A stretch of 64,000 nucleotides of DNA from assembly GCA_964036045.1 (NCBI GenBank), contig OZ038379.1, positions 13,516,001 through 13,580,000 of the forward strand, given 5' to 3'. Position 1 is the stretch's first letter; each line of letters opens with the position of its first letter. The notes beneath the pieces were generated by a model. The model was not told the DNA's origin. It saw nothing but the letters and a program-made list of their open reading frames with translations, and ran no database searches. This DNA is from Eutreptiella sp. 'Long Island Sound 2002'. Taxonomy: Eukaryota > Protista > Euglenida. This document shows positions 24,254 through 37,991 of this stretch, in pieces. The position numbers were made by a program, and so were the translations under genes.

Positions 24254-26251
24254 GTACGTAATCTGCAGCGCCAGGCTGCTTGGGGTTTGGCTGATGACGG
24301 GCCGAGGGCGGGCAACAACGCCAACAGTGGAGTGCACCCGAGGGGAGGGTGGCCCATGGCGATTGGAGGCTATTGGACAGTGGCAGGAGAGCGAACTGCC
24401 TTGATTCGGGGAATGACTGTGTCTTGGTGATCAACGGCGTCAGCAGGGATCCCATGGCAGTTGGAGGCTGACTGCTCTTGGTTGCAGTTTGTGCCTGGTG
24501 CGGTTTGATGGGACTGGGCAGCGGTTTGGATGGCGTTGTTGCATGGGTTCCGGACACCCATGATGCCCCCCCCCCCCCTGTTGCAGCAGCATTTCCTTGT
24601 CTAAGCACACCGATTTATCTCGCTGTTTTCTACCGCAGCTTCTGTATTGGCATGCCAGCTTTTTTTTACACAACTTGGCCTCATTCAGTTTTCTGTTCCA
24701 AATTGCTCTTGTACTCTTTGCGACTCCCTTTTTGGTGATCCTGAATGCACACGACATGGGTGCTGTAAAGCAGCAAGGCAACACGTGGTTATGGTACCAT
24801 GCCTGCTCCCTGCATGTTTTTGTACTGTATGGTACTGAATTGTACGTAAATGTGCACCACGTGCATGGCGCCCTGCATTGAATTGTACTGACACTGCACT
24901 ATGTATGCCCTGCCCACTTCAAGCTCTCTGAACAGTGCACACTGTTCCCTGTGCGCATGTCATGTTTTCGGGATTTTGTGGGGGAGATATTAGGCCCCAA
25001 TTCAGTGCTGTGATGGTGTAGCAGCACCATTTTGAGTATCCTGAATCCGTGGTGAATGTATTAGCGAAAAGTGATTTTAATCTGAAAAAAAACCCGGCCC
25101 ACCTTTCGGTGCACTGTTGACACAGTGGCACCCTCGTAGACTATATTTTTGCTCAGTTTTTCGACATTTGCTCAACTGCTTTACACCCGATGCATTGCCT
25201 CTTGATCCATTGTGGCGGTGTGTAGTGATGGGAAGGCATGTCGCATGGGCATTGATTCACCAAGCAGCAGCAAGCATGTGCCAGATGCTAAAAAGGCAGA
25301 ACTCAGCAGGGAGGAATGATGCATGACTTGGCTACTTGACTACTTGACACGTGCAATGGAACCCCACAAACCTTGAGTAAACAAACTCAATGGCAGCCAA
25401 AAAGCGGTGCAGCCAGTTGAGGGTTGGAAAGCCTGTCAAAAGCAGTATTTCTGAAACTGTTTTGGGTCCAGAGACCACCAGGAAATATCAGCATCCATTT
25501 GGGGCCCAGTAGGACATATCAGCACCCATCCAGAGACCACCAGGAAATATCAGCCTCCATCCAGAGGCCTCCAAGAATAACAACATCACACTCCTCACTC
25601 CCAAATTTTCCCTTCGTTCCTAGGAGGAGGTCGTTTTGGGAATGTAGGGCACCTATGCTATGGTGGGTGCCATATGCATCAAAAGCAGCCAAATTGACCG
25701 TGTCAGGTCCATTTTCGGCCCACAACGGGACACAAACAGGCCAATGATGGTCATCACAGCCAAGAGACATAGCCTTGAACAGCCATCCTTTCAGCTATTC
25801 CAAGTGGTCTCCATTCACTTCGTGATGCGAATTGGCAACGCATTTTGCAACCCCCCATGCCCCTGATCTCAGCATGGGCCAGGGAGCCAGCTCACCTGGG
25901 TGACTCAATGCCCTTGGGGCAAGTTGTTGCCCGTGAGGTGAATCAAAGCTCCTAGTATGCGTCAACACCCCAGCGGTGAGTTAGTGTCCAGGTGTCATCT
26001 GTAATCTTGAGATCTCGGGTCTTTCACCTCTAGCAGACAGCACTGTGCTTGCATGATGCAAACACTGGGTCTCCCCCCCCTCTGGGCAGGCAGTCTGGGG
26101 CTTAGTGACGTGAACGGAGCAAAAAGGAAAACAGTGCACAAAGGATTGTATTCTCTGGCACCTTTCTCCCAATGCAGCCCCCTCGCGTGTATACTGACAG
26201 TCATGCGCACGTTGACGCCCACCTCACGCTTAGGTTTGCCCGCTTCGCCAG

Positions 26252-26297
26252 GACCCTGGAGAGTTCCCAGTGGTAATGGAAGCGATCCCCAGAGTAG
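26252..26297 (+). CDS. HIRA: HIRA small exon (DPGEFPVVMEAIPRV-G)
   Basis: AG|...|GT, phase 0 in and phase 1 out. It links exons 24167 and 27162 in a single open frame. Confidence 0.6.
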
Positions 26298-27161
26298 GTT
26301 GCACAACCCTCAAGCAAAAGCAAGGGGATTTCGTGGTGTGGACCGCTACAATTCCTTGCGGAGAGGTCACATTGATGGCAGGTATGGCCAATGTAAGGGA
26401 AAGCTGAAAGTGTGGTCAGGACATTCTTTCAGGGGTCAGTTTACATTGTGTCTGATGGTGTCTGCTAAAGTGTGCATTACCTGCAATCCATGTGGTGATG
26501 CCTGTGATGTTTGTGTGAGGCTGCAGTGAGGGTTGGGCAAAGCTTGGGTGAGGCGATCCAGCACATGCTCCTCTACCCCAACTCCACCTTTCTGGATATT
26601 TTTGAAAGGTACCGCACCGCCGCCACCTAAAATGATTTTTAGTGACGAATGCGCAGGGCCTGGAAATCATAGATCTGAGCCCAGTATTGTAGTTTTGTTT
26701 TCATCTAAAATGTTTGCCCCCTGTATATTTTGCGTTTTGAATTATGGTTTCTGTTTGGTTGCTTGATGCAGTTCCTGGGCCCACGCGTGTTGTCTGGTTA
26801 ACTTCAGGATGCCACATGCATACAAAACAGATGTGCTTGCTTCCAAGACCATGCGTGTGCTATGGTTGTGGCGAGTGGAAAATGGTTTCGGGGCGTATGA
26901 GCCCCCCGAAACCCCGTTGGAGGGGGTGGGGGGCTTGGAAACTTATGTCAGGTGGCTTTGGGGCACCTCACACCCGGGGAAGTCATGACCTATGCTGCAG
27001 CATTCTTTGTATGACATCTCTGATGCCGAGTGTTTCTGCTTGGATTGTGCTGAAATTGCATCGATGCCTCAAGTTGTGTGCGCCATCTTAGATATCCCCA
27101 CTGATGCCACTGCAGGCTGCAGCTCAGCCAAGGACTAGAACAGGGTTAAGTTGTAGCTCAG

Positions 27162-27286
27162 GCTGCACATTGAAGGATGATGCTGCAATGGGAGGCTTGG
27201 TTGCGACGGTCACTGAGCACCTGGAAATGACTAGCGCCAACGTGTCCTTTGACATAACAACCAGCACCAAAGCTACATGTGTCAAG
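27162..27286 (+). CDS. HIRA: HIRA exon (CTLKDDAAMGG...SFDITTSTKATCVK)
   Basis: tcAG|gc...aag|GT, phase 1 in and phase 0 out. The end resembles the WETVLTSRILTAAG segment preceding the Hira domain strands. Confidence 0.6.
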
Positions 27287-28682
27287 GTTGGCCATGGCAG
27301 AAGAGCTCCATCTCGGGCGGAGGGGGGGGTTCATATACCCTAAGCAGTTTGCCCCATCCATTGACATTGTACAACACGATGTCGTAAACGGAGAACAGCG
27401 TCCGCGTTGCCGTGCTGGTGTCGTCGTCATCATCGACGCCACTTTTTGTATCGGTCTGCCGCAAACCTCCTGCAGCATCGTCTTCGGCACAACGTATCAC
27501 AAGAGGAGGGGGAAACAACCAGGCGTAAAGCGCAGCGGTCCACACACCCATATGGATAGCATGTTATGATCGTATTTGCGATCTTTGGTGACATATCACT
27601 CACTTGTAAGCATGCTTGTCTGCCGGCTGACACTGCATATCCAGCAGTTTGGAGGTGCTTGACAACCCCATTTGAAGCTATTGTGATCCCCCCCCCCCCC
27701 CCGCCGCCCCTGCCCCCCCCCCGCCCCACGCACAAGTTTTGAAAGTCATTTCATGGTAACCAATGCGATGCGTGCTACCGGGGCCTAGCGCGCATCGATA
27801 CTGGTGTTTGGGTCATTCTGAGGGTTGCAAACCTCAAAAGTGAGGGGTTGCAGGTGGACCATGTGCCATCAGAATTGGATTTCAAGCCACGCAGCCCAAG
27901 ATATGGTCCAATCTTGGTTTGGGGCTAGTGGTGGGCAAAACACACCGTTTTTGCACCATTGGGGCCATTTTCAGGGCAATGGTACAGAGTTACAAAGGTG
28001 AAATAACCTTCCTTGACATGACCAAAGGAAGCCGCTTCGGTAGAGTCAAATAGGGTGCGAAACTCATAAGGAGGGTGCATCTCCTTTTAATGTCCATAGG
28101 CCTATGTACAGAGGTCTGTGGACTTTGAAAGTAAACGTGGAAGACACATAAGGAGGGTGGAAAGCAGCTTTCCCTGTGGTAGTTACATGTAGACCGGGTC
28201 AGTTGCCTCCTCCCCTGTGGCGGCAGCCCAACCTGCTTTCCAATAATCAATAATTGGAGGGTAATTTGGCGGCCACCGTGCCACATCACACCCCAAGTTT
28301 TTAGAGTGAAAAAAAAAGAAATTTACCGAAGGACATGTTTCTTTGGGCCATGTTTTGTACACAAACTGTTCGGTACCACCCCCACCCCACCCCACGCCCG
28401 AAAACACCCTCTTCCAGCACAGGCCTGGCTGTCTGCGCCTGTCTATGAGTACCTGTCCGTGCACATGCATTCCAAAAATCAAATTCTGTCCCTGTAATTC
28501 TGTGCTGTGTTACTGGCGGTGCTGGCAGCTGAATGGAGAATCCAACAATCAAAAGCAGCGCACCCTCGTCACCGTTCCTCCGCGTTGATATGAGGCAGAT
28601 TTGTTGTGGATGGTAGACTAAAAATCGGCGAAGGGAATCTCGGAATGGTTGCCCGACTCGTTCCATCCCAGGGAATGCAAAG

Positions 28683-28865
28683 CTCTTTGTGGCAGTCGCC
28701 TGCTCTGACAACCTATTCATCTTGTCTACGCGTGGCGGGCGGCTTCTGCTGCCATGCATCCATTTATCGGCTCCCATCCGTTATATGACCTCCGACACTT
28801 GGGGCAAGCTGTTGATTGTCACGGATGCTGAATGCATCTGCTGGGACATTTCCAGTTTCAAGAAG
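28683..28865 (+). CDS. HIRA: HIRA C-terminal (Hira) domain exon
   Basis: LFVAVACSDNLFILSTRGGRLLLPCIHLSAPIRYMTSDTWGKLLIVTDAECICWDI aligns with HIRA VCVAC...STCGRRLLSPILLPSPI...LSVWDV. Phase 0/0, GT-AG. Confidence 0.85.
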
Positions 28866-28920
28866 GTGCCTCTGCCCGCATTGATGGATGGATGGGGTTC
28901 TTTGTTGCTGGTGTCACTCT

Positions 28921-29095
28921 GTGACTGTGTTTGGCTCTGTGTAGCTGTGTGTAGCTGTGTGTGGCTGTGTGTAGCTGTGTTTGGCTCAGTATGGCTTTGT
29001 GTGTCTTTGGGTGGCTCAGTTTGAGTGTGGTCTGTTGGTGATGTGTGTGGATCTGTGCGGCTGTGTTTGGCGCTGTGTGGCTCTCTGTGGTTCTC
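28921..29095. repeat. Low-complexity (ctgtgtgtag/ctgtgtttgg)-type tandem repeat in a HIRA intron
   Basis: Direct reading. Confidence 0.8.
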
Positions 29096-29556
29096 CCCAG
29101 GAGTTGGTCCATCGATTTTGGGCTATCAACGTTTCACATCGTGCAGTGCAGTTAAGGGATGGCAAGGGTTGACACGAGATGCAGATGGCTGGGCGTTTGG
29201 TTGTCTGCACATCTGGGGCCTCTACAAAGTACAACGGGGCATAGGGAAATTCATCCAAACCTTCAGGAATCAAGACCATGGGCAAAACCTGTCAAATTAG
29301 GGCCATGACACTGATTCCTACTGTGGGCATGATTTGCTAATTGTAGACACTGCTTGCATGTCACAGAAACGAAGAAAAAATATTGAAGAAGAAGGCCGAA
29401 GGCCCCGTTGTCAAAAAAAACAAGGGGTTCGTACGAGGGTTGACCCCTGTGCGTGCTTGCAGTTGTATGCACTTTGGAGATGCTTACAACCAGAGAAGAC
29501 ACGATATGTTCATTGTAGACATTGCCTTGATATGACCTGTGACCCTCGTCCCTCAG

Positions 29557-29724
29557 ATGTACTCATGCCCTGTGGGTCACCTGCTGAGGTCCGGAGTTCA
29601 GGACCTCAAAGTCACTGAAGGCGGCTGCTGTCGACTGCAGATCTCGTCCAAAGAGTCGTACATGTATGATCCAGCGGTTGGGGCGTGGGTTGGTACCTTC
29701 GAGTTGGATTTCCCCGACGCCCAG
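29557..29724 (+). CDS. HIRA: HIRA C-terminal domain exon
   Basis: MYSCPVGHLLRSGVQDLKVTEGGCCRLQISSKESYMYDPAVGAW aligns with HIRA SLHSIL...VSQILLTQHG...LSDGKAYCFNPSLSTW. cctcAG start; the 3' donor at 29725 is the best guess. Confidence 0.75.
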
Positions 29725-30281
29725 GTGTGGCAGCATTGTGGCCCCCCGGTGGCGTAGCTGTTGCATTTCCATGTGTGGGCGCTGTGTGATGCGGTCCCCA
29801 GTTTCAGCGTATTGCAAGAGCTGTGCAATGGGAAGGATGGAGTGTTACTGCCGTTGTGCCAGTGTCAGGTCGTTGCTCAGTGGCAACCGCCTCCCCCCTC
29901 CCACCTGTGGACAGTGGAGCTGATGAAGGTGTGGCGGATGACGAATTGGGAAAGGGGACTTTACCCCTCGACTTTTGTACACTCAAAATGCTTAGAAAAG
30001 CAATGAATGCCCCTGAAACTCGGATATCAATTGTGGACCCCCCCTCCAGCCCCCCCTGCTCACGCCGCGGGGGTTGGGGTCCAATGAGCGAACTGACCCC
30101 CCCCCCCCCTTTTTTGCGGATAGAATTCACTGCCACAAATGAGCTGTACCTGCACCAGTTCAGCAACATGCAGTGAGGGGCACCGGTCCACGCAAGTCAC
30201 ATGTTGGGCATGTGCACGTCAGCACGCAACGGCCTGACCACCAGCAACGCTGGTCCATGGGATGTTAGCACCCTGTTGCGC

Positions 30282-30579
30282 TTCACCTCTAGCAGACAGC
30301 ACTGTGCTTGCATGATGCAAACACTGGGTCTCCCCCCCCTCTGGGCAGGCAGTCTGGGGCCTAGTGACGTGAACGGAGCAAAAAGGAAAACAGTGCACAA
30401 AGGATTGTATTCTCTGGCACCTTTCTCCCAATGCAGCCCCCTCGCGTGTATACTGACAGTCATGCGCACGTTGACGCCCACCTCACGCTTAGGTTTGCCC
30501 GCTTCGCCAGGACCCTGGAGAGTTCCCAGTGGTAATGGAAGCGATCCCCAGAGTAGGTTGCACAACCCTCAAGCAAAAG
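30282..30579 (+). repeat. 298-bp duplicate of 26023-26320 (intron 3' end, HIRA small exon and next donor)
   Basis: ttcacctctagcagac...caagcaaaag is present at both positions; one SNP was seen (~30361). Confidence 0.92.
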
Positions 30580-33500
30580 GACTGAGCACCTACGGGTTGC
30601 CTGCTGTCGTCCCGCTGAATTTGTTGAAAGTATTTTGCGGCCAATCCTGGTCACCTACATACACTACACATTTGGCGGGAATGTCCCTTGGGTCTTGGCA
30701 CTTTGAGGCATTTCTGCTGGAGGTCGTGCACAGAGAATCAGGAGAACTGTCTGGATCAGGCCTGTTCATTTGCTTTCAACGCTGGCATGTGCGGTTTCTC
30801 GTTGGTTTTATTCTTATTTATCTTGCCCCCCAGCCCTTCTTGCGCCTAGTCATCGGTTAAGATGTGTTTTTCGCGGCAGGAATATAAATGGGAAGTTGGA
30901 TTCCCTGTGTGTGTGACTGAGGACATCTGATCTGCAGCTCAGAGGTAAAATGCTTCCGTCCTTCAATGGTTGTTGTGAGTGCGAACCTTTGGTGCATACA
31001 GATGGGGTCATCTCGGGTCATCTCAGCGGTAGGCAACAATGAGGGGTGGCCGGAATCAAGGTGGGTAAGTTTATAGTTCCCACTGTATCCTGTTGTCCTA
31101 CCCTTGTCCAAGCACCCACTGGGTGAATATGTTCAAATTTGGACCGAATGCTTGTGCGGTTCGTTGTGACAAAGGAATTCGCCGGGGTGCTCCACCTTTT
31201 GGTTCGGGGAGGACCATAAAGCGGATGCTATGGTGAGTCTCGAATATATCTTTGGTGTGAGGCTACGGGCTGTGGGAGGACAGCTGTGTCGTTGCAGGAA
31301 AGTTACCACGCTTGTTTTAGCCGACGGCACAATAGCGACAAGCTCCCTGCTGCTGCGCATGTGCCGAGCGCCACGCTGCTGCCCATGTGCATGATTCTGT
31401 GCAGCTGCCCATGTGTGCGGCCCCCTGGTGCTGCCCATAGGCACTGCTCCCTGTTACCCCCCCCATGCACATTGCTCTGCTGCTGCCCGTTTGCAAAGCT
31501 CTTTGCTGCTGCCCTGTTGCACAGCTCCTTGTTGCTGCCTGCATGAACGCGTTGCCATGCTGCCCATGTGCACAGCTGCCCATGTGCACAACTCCCGCTC
31601 TGATGTGCGGACCCCTGTGTTGCCGGCCGAGTTCACTGCTCCCTCCTGCAACACTATACATGTGCTTTTGAGCATAGTTTTGGTGGCATCCCAAAGTCAG
31701 TAACAAGGCCCCAGAAGTAGTGTGCGGCGTCTGGGGAAGTGGCGAGCAGGTCATGGTATTCAACCCCCCAAATTTTCTTTTTACTCCTGCGTAATGAGTA
31801 CAATAGGGGCACTCTGTATGCATGATGTGCTTAATCTCTGCCATCATTGTCTCCCACCCAGGGCACGGCTTAGTGTCGAATTTTACCTGTAATGGTGTGG
31901 GGGGGCCAGAGGCCAAAAATGTTTTTGTGTACCTAAAATCGGCCTCCAATTTCGGGCCCCTTTGATAGATTTCTTTTTTTTTTCTTTCCGGAGGAAACAT
32001 TTTTGATGTGGGTGGGGGGTAGGTCAGGCAGAGGAGCCCCAGACCGCCATTCCGCCCCTCCCCCACCCCCCAGTAACAGTGATGCCACCTGTCACATTCT
32101 TCTTCTGCACACTGTTGCGTTTGATGTTTTTTCCTTCCTGCACAACATCACCAAGGCACCCTGTCCTGTAGCATGTGTGGGTCTTGATCCTGGGTGCCCT
32201 GCCGCATGGTTGTTTGTTGTTGTTGTTCTGGTTAGTGGTTTTGCAGCTTACAAGTGAGGAGCCGTCACTCTATCCAGGAGGTTGGGCGCGCGCTTGGCCG
32301 ATTGCCTGGCAGCTCTGGCTGGGACCCCAAAGAGGGGCCGACATTTGCGAAGGTAAGGGCAAGTGGGATATGGCAGGGAGCACATGACCAGCCAATTTTA
32401 AACAAACCACATGTCTGGTTTCAGATTTGCATTATGTGGCTTGACTGTCATTGTGTGTGCTGGCAATTACAAGGGGGAAATAATACGCCCGGCGTCTCGG
32501 ATGTGAACACTGGAAAAAAAAAAAACACCACTGTCAATTGCCCACCCGAGTGTTTCACGCTTACAGAATGTCAGGAACATCCTATCTGATTCAAGTGAGA
32601 CAGAAATAATTGTGGCTCAGAGTTTCTCTCATTGTCACCGTGGTATGGAATGTGGTCAGATCTGTCAATGTCTATCTTTCAGCAAAGCACAACGTCATGG
32701 AGTTGTCTTTTTCATACGGCATGGGTTTTGGAAAAAGCTTCGAGCCTCTTTCCGCGAGTCAAGAATGGCATCCATTTTTAACAACACCCTGAGGGTCGAC
32801 ATAATTTAGATTGCCAATGTGCAACAGCAAGCAGACATGCGGCTGCATTGCGGGGACAGAATAGGAGCAGTCAACTGCAGCTGCAGCCACACCATTTTGT
32901 TCCAGGTGTCATGAACGGGATGCTGTGACTGGGTGGTGGATGTCTGTGGCTTGGATGACCTGTGCGTTATCTCCCAAGACGACACATCTTATGCCCTAGC
33001 TGCAGACCCTGACATCCAGCAGAGAAATATCCTTTTGGAGCTGCAACATGTGAAAGTAATTCAGGATCCTCAAGTGCAGCAACTTTTCACCCAATGACAA
33101 TGGGCTGCCACCCACTCTGGTTGCGAGCACAAAGGTTGTACACAGTGGCCCAAGTCGGGCAGGCCAGCCAAAATTAGAAGAGAGGAGGGGGAGGGTGGTC
33201 TGGGACCCCAAATTTGTGTACCAAGAATGGCCCGACCAGATTTTCACCATTGTGAATCTCTATGGTCACTTTGGTTGGGGCTTTGGGCTTTGGGCTATCC
33301 TTCCCACCCCGATGAGGGCCTTATGGGCCCCCGGGTTGCCTCTACAGGGAAGCCAGGCGCAGGCGCACCACACACACCCCGCAGCCAGGCAGCTGGAGGG
33401 CGGGGCACACGCCTCCTAGTGCGGACATGCTTGTGTTGTGCTGGGGTGTGGGTGTGTCCAATGGGGTGCTTGCTGTCGAGGCGTAGGCGGCGCACTGGCT

Positions 33501-35613
33501 GGCGCAGTGACCAGCTCGCAAGTGTGGCAAAACAGGAGACTTTGCAAAATCACAACCAAGGTGCGATAAAATTCATAAGTTTCGCATGTCTTTCAGCTCC
33601 AGCTTCCCGTTGACTATCTGTTTGGTAAAAACTTAGAACTTTTGTTGAATAGATTAGAAGAACAACTTGCTGCCACATTTCCCACCCCCTACACAAACCA
33701 GCTGCCAATAGTTAAGCAGCAAGTGAACTAGCTGGGTGGAAATAAAATTGAAAAGAGAGAGGTGTATCTTATATACTTGTTAACTCATTACACTGCATCT
33801 GTGTCGCATCAACACATATAGATATTTGTGGCATACACAGCATTAAAACAAAGTGTTGGTAGTCAAAAAAAGTACACCCATGAACCCACAGACAACTAAA
33901 AGCAGTTCCATTCATCAAGTGGGTAAGACAAGTGACATTGCAAAAAGAGACTAGCATCTGATGACACTGTGGCCCCAAAGCGCAACCGCATGTACTTGTC
34001 ACTCCTGCGTTGGCAGCAGCCCTGTACCGGAACAAAACACACTTTTTATATCAATCAGTACACTATATATATAAACACAAGTCATCGCATCTTTTAGTTC
34101 CGCTATATGGCTAGCTATACATGCGGGCATTGTCCCTCCCATTGTATGTAGACTTGCCGCTCACTCTGCACGGAGAATGCCGCTTTTTTCTTGCTATTTA
34201 CTATGCTTCATCCTACCGTGCCACTGCTGAGCCTCAAAGGATTGAAAATTCAGCACTCCGTCTCTCCACATATCCTGCGGTGGCAGTGCAGTGTGCTGTG
34301 CATTGTTGTAGTGTACATATACATCAAATCTGTATTTTTGGTAGAGCAGTTGTTCGTTGTGTGGTAGTGCCAAATACCGTTTCGCCTCATGTCCCCCACA
34401 ACCCAGGATTAAAGACAGATCTGGTCTGATTTCTTCATCCCAACACTGAGACACTACTGCTTCGTGTTCAGCAGACATGGTTGGCCCGACAGATAGAAGC
34501 GCCCCATCGGGTGTCGGCACCAAAGGTGACTGCGGTGAGGCCGGCGACAGTGCTGGCATTGGGGACATGGGGGACACAGGGGACACCGGGTCTTCCTTCA
34601 TCACATCTGGTGGCGTCACTGCACGCTCAGGTTGCAGCGTGCATGTTCGCTGCTGGGATGAGCTGGCACAGTGTGTGTGTGTGTGTCATAGTGTCCCGTG
34701 CTGTGACCTTGTGGTTTGTTGTGGTGGTGATGGTGTGACTGGTTGGGCCACGGGTTTGGTTGTTGTGTTGGCTGGGCGGTTTTTCTGTGCCGTGGCGGGC
34801 TGTTTGGGCTTCGTTTGTTTGCTTTTATGCGTGTTTCGCTGGCGCTCTTTTGGTATTGGTTTTGGTTGCAACAAATTGGCAAACTGGGGTATATAGTACA
34901 TTGCATCGGTCGCCATGGCAGGAGTCACACTACCTATTGTTTGTCTGGCACGGGGGGTTGTGGGCTTAGGGAACCTATACCTCTGTTGTTAAATTGGCAA
35001 GTTGGGTGTGTATTGTTGTGCCATGCGCATTTGTATGTGTGGTGGTGCACCGTTTGTGTGTGTGACCTGTATCTGTGCAAGCAGGGTTTTTAGGGTTGGG
35101 CCCCTCATCTTGCAACTGCATGTCGTATATATGTTGAAACTTGTGAAATATGGACGTAAGCGGCACATGGAACATACCTGAACGGGTGCACAGGCAGCGA
35201 ACCTGGGTGATGGCCCTGTGAATCATTGCTCTGTGGGGTAAGTGCCAGGTAACTGCGGTGTTCCGCGTCCTAGAGCATAGCAATAGCTCACTGGGCACCG
35301 CAGGTTCCTCCTATCGCTACCCCTCTCCTCTGGTGTAGTACCCTGCCACCGACAGTGAAGAGGTGAGCAAACATTTGCACTGCTTTGAAGTGTATTCTTG
35401 TCAATGCCCAAGTTCCATTTTTCTTTTTGCGGTTCCATTTTTGAGTGCCATTCCACTATAGACCGATGCCAGAAGTCCTGTCTGCCCTTGATGTATTGAT
35501 GTGCAAGGCAGGTTCCCACCATCCCTCATACATCATGTCACATGGTGCGCATTTTCTCATTGTGGAAGAGGGTGCGCTCCAATAAGTGGCCCAACATGAA
35601 ATGTGCAACACAA

Positions 35614-35663
<50 letters not shown>

Positions 35664-36709
35664 ATGTATGTGTGCGCGGATGCTGAAAGAGAGAGATCAG
35701 CGGAACAACACTACAAGGAACAAGGGGGAAGGGAGCATGTGGAGTTGAACTAATGAGAGGCTCCAAGGCTCCCTTGGTTGTACCATACCAAGAATTGGGT
35801 TCCGATGCATTTTTTTGCAATGCATGTATGTTTTTGTGTACCCTTACAGACAAATGAGACATACCTGCACAATTTTTGTGGGCGCAGAGACACTACAGTG
35901 AACGAATGGCAAGGCCTACACAAAAGATGCCCCACCAAAGCCTCAAAGCTGAAACAAGCAGCATGCACACAAATTCAGCACCGCACAAAGGCAAAACAAA
36001 AGAGTGCTCATGATGCCACATATGTTTCGCTTTTGTACACCTCCTGAGTTTCTAGTTAACCCAGCCGGTCCTCAATTAGTCTTCTAGTCTTAACCTTGTC
36101 ATCTCTTTCAAGAAGCACGAGATTGCCTCTTGCTCTCTCATTTGTCATGTAATAGAAACCACATGCTACAATAAATTTGTTAGAAAATTGACATGCGGTT
36201 TGAAGTCGATGAGTAGCTTTGTTCACCTGTCTTTTATGCTCTATACTACCAATTGCATGGATCGCAACACTTTTGTTTCATGCCATTCGCTATCACAATT
36301 TGAACTTGCTTGTCTGCGTGCACCTGATCTAGCTCAGCCTTACAGTATAGTTTCTCTGCGGGACCCGGTCCTGAAGCATATCTCATTTGACGGTGTTGTT
36401 GGCTTGTGCCAAGTCAAGTGTGGTACCTGAAGAAGAACCTGGCATTGAGAAGCGAGATGTGTGAGGGCAAAGAAATGGGTTACAATAATGTGGGCATGTG
36501 GCATATGTGCTTTCTTGTTAAATTGAGATGTCCGTTTTGTAATTACATTTTGTACAAAACCAACCGGGCACAATGCAAAGGCGAACCATTCTATTTGGTC
36601 ATCCGGAGAAGCATGTCATGCACATGGTGTTACATTGGAGGCCATGGAACACATCCAGCGGCGTCCTAATTGAACATGCAATGACGAATTTGTTGGTGTT
36701 CTGTGGCAC

Positions 36710-36900
36710 TTAGCATGCAACCGTTTTGCTTCCCTCCCCCCAAGCCCTCCCTAGACACCAAACCCCTTTCTGCTTGAGAAGCCAAGAACAATAGTGCCTC
36801 CCCTTCCACCACCCATCTGTTGTTATGGATTGACTTTGTGCATTGAGCTGTCCCATTTTCGTACTTAGAACCAACGTTTCATGTTGACCTCGATCTTCTG
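36710..36900 (-). pseudogene. Possible decayed hAT-type transposase fragment
   Basis: ...QSQSITTDGWWKGRHY resembles the first catalytic-Asp motif (SITTDGW) of hAT transposases. No other motif was securely seen. Confidence 0.3.
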
Positions 36901-37691
36901 CCCAATGGGGCCGAAATGGTTTCAGTTTTCTGAAAATTTCAACTTGAACCACGGACAGGGGGAACATATGTGTATTCTCAGTCATTCCAACCCAACAAGC
37001 CGCCCAACTGATCTGCTGTTTTGGGCCAGTTCCATGCAAATGCGAGGCAAGCCCCATGCACGCTTCAATTTTTAAGAAATTAGGGTGCGCAGATCCATTA
37101 AATAGGAGTAAAATCAACTCTCCAAATATGCAAAACCCAAGCGTTTGGAACTCGGCACTCCAAAGTGATGTCGGAGGTCACCATCACCATCTCTCCAACG
37201 GGGCTTCCTCACTCAAAAAATCATTTGTGCATCACTATAAGGACCTAGAATGGTTTTTGTGAAGGAAAATTCCAAAGTTTGAAGAAAGCAACGTCACACA
37301 AGCTCAATAGATGAAAACTTCCATTGGCCCTATTTCGGCATCTATTGGCAACCACTTCTCCATCTCTTCGTGACCGTTAGAGCAAAAGGAAAAAAAGAAA
37401 ACCGCCTCCGGGATTTGTGGTGTCTGGACTGGCTACGGACCAACGGCGGTTGGCAGTTAACCAATGGCGGTTGACAGTTGACGGACGGCGGTTGGCAGTT
37501 GGTGAGGTTGTTGGGTTGGTGGGAGCAAGGGGGTCAGGAGAAATGGTCGCGAAGAGATGGAGAAACAGTTGCGAAGAGATGAGGAAACGCTTACAGTCCC
37601 CCCTGCCAGGGTGAGGGGGGTCCCCCCTGCCCTTCCCTTTCCTTCAAAGGTCCGTGCCCCACTTGCCAACAGATGTGAAACTGCTGTCCAA

Positions 37692-37991
37692 ATGCCTGCA
37701 CTCACCGGGGCCAAAAATGTCTGCCTCCATTTTGAGGATACGACGGCCATCATCAGCGTCGACCTTACCACTACACATGGTCCCAACGCTTCGGCTTCGA
37801 AGACCCTCATCGGTACGACCCTCGGTTACAAACCGATTGGTTCGACGGGGGCCCTGATGTGGCTGACCGTGTCTATGGAAGCAGGCAAGGCTGTAGACCT
37901 GAGCGGTGACGTGCCCTGCCCTGATGGCCTCAAGAACTGTACCCTCGAAGTGGAGGGGCCAATGCTAAAGATCAGTGTAGATTTGACGCAG
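37692..37991 (+). CDS. Exon 1 of a gene with tandem small repeat domains fused to an SF2 helicase
   Basis: MPALTGAKNVCLHFEDTTAIISVDLTTTHGPNASASKTLIGTTLG...KNCTLEVEGPMLKISVDLTQ|GT. A pyrimidine tract plus AG lies at 37671-37672 upstream. Confidence 0.75.

Noticed and set aside
30857-33250. Possible minus-strand multi-exon gene fragments
   Set aside because: No recognisable motif or consistent splice-phase chain could be built by eye.
34194-35522. Second PLE remnant on the minus strand (SPVSP motif, helical fragments)
   Set aside because: Similarity to 23249-23400 is limited to low-complexity sequence, and no RT or endonuclease motif was seen.
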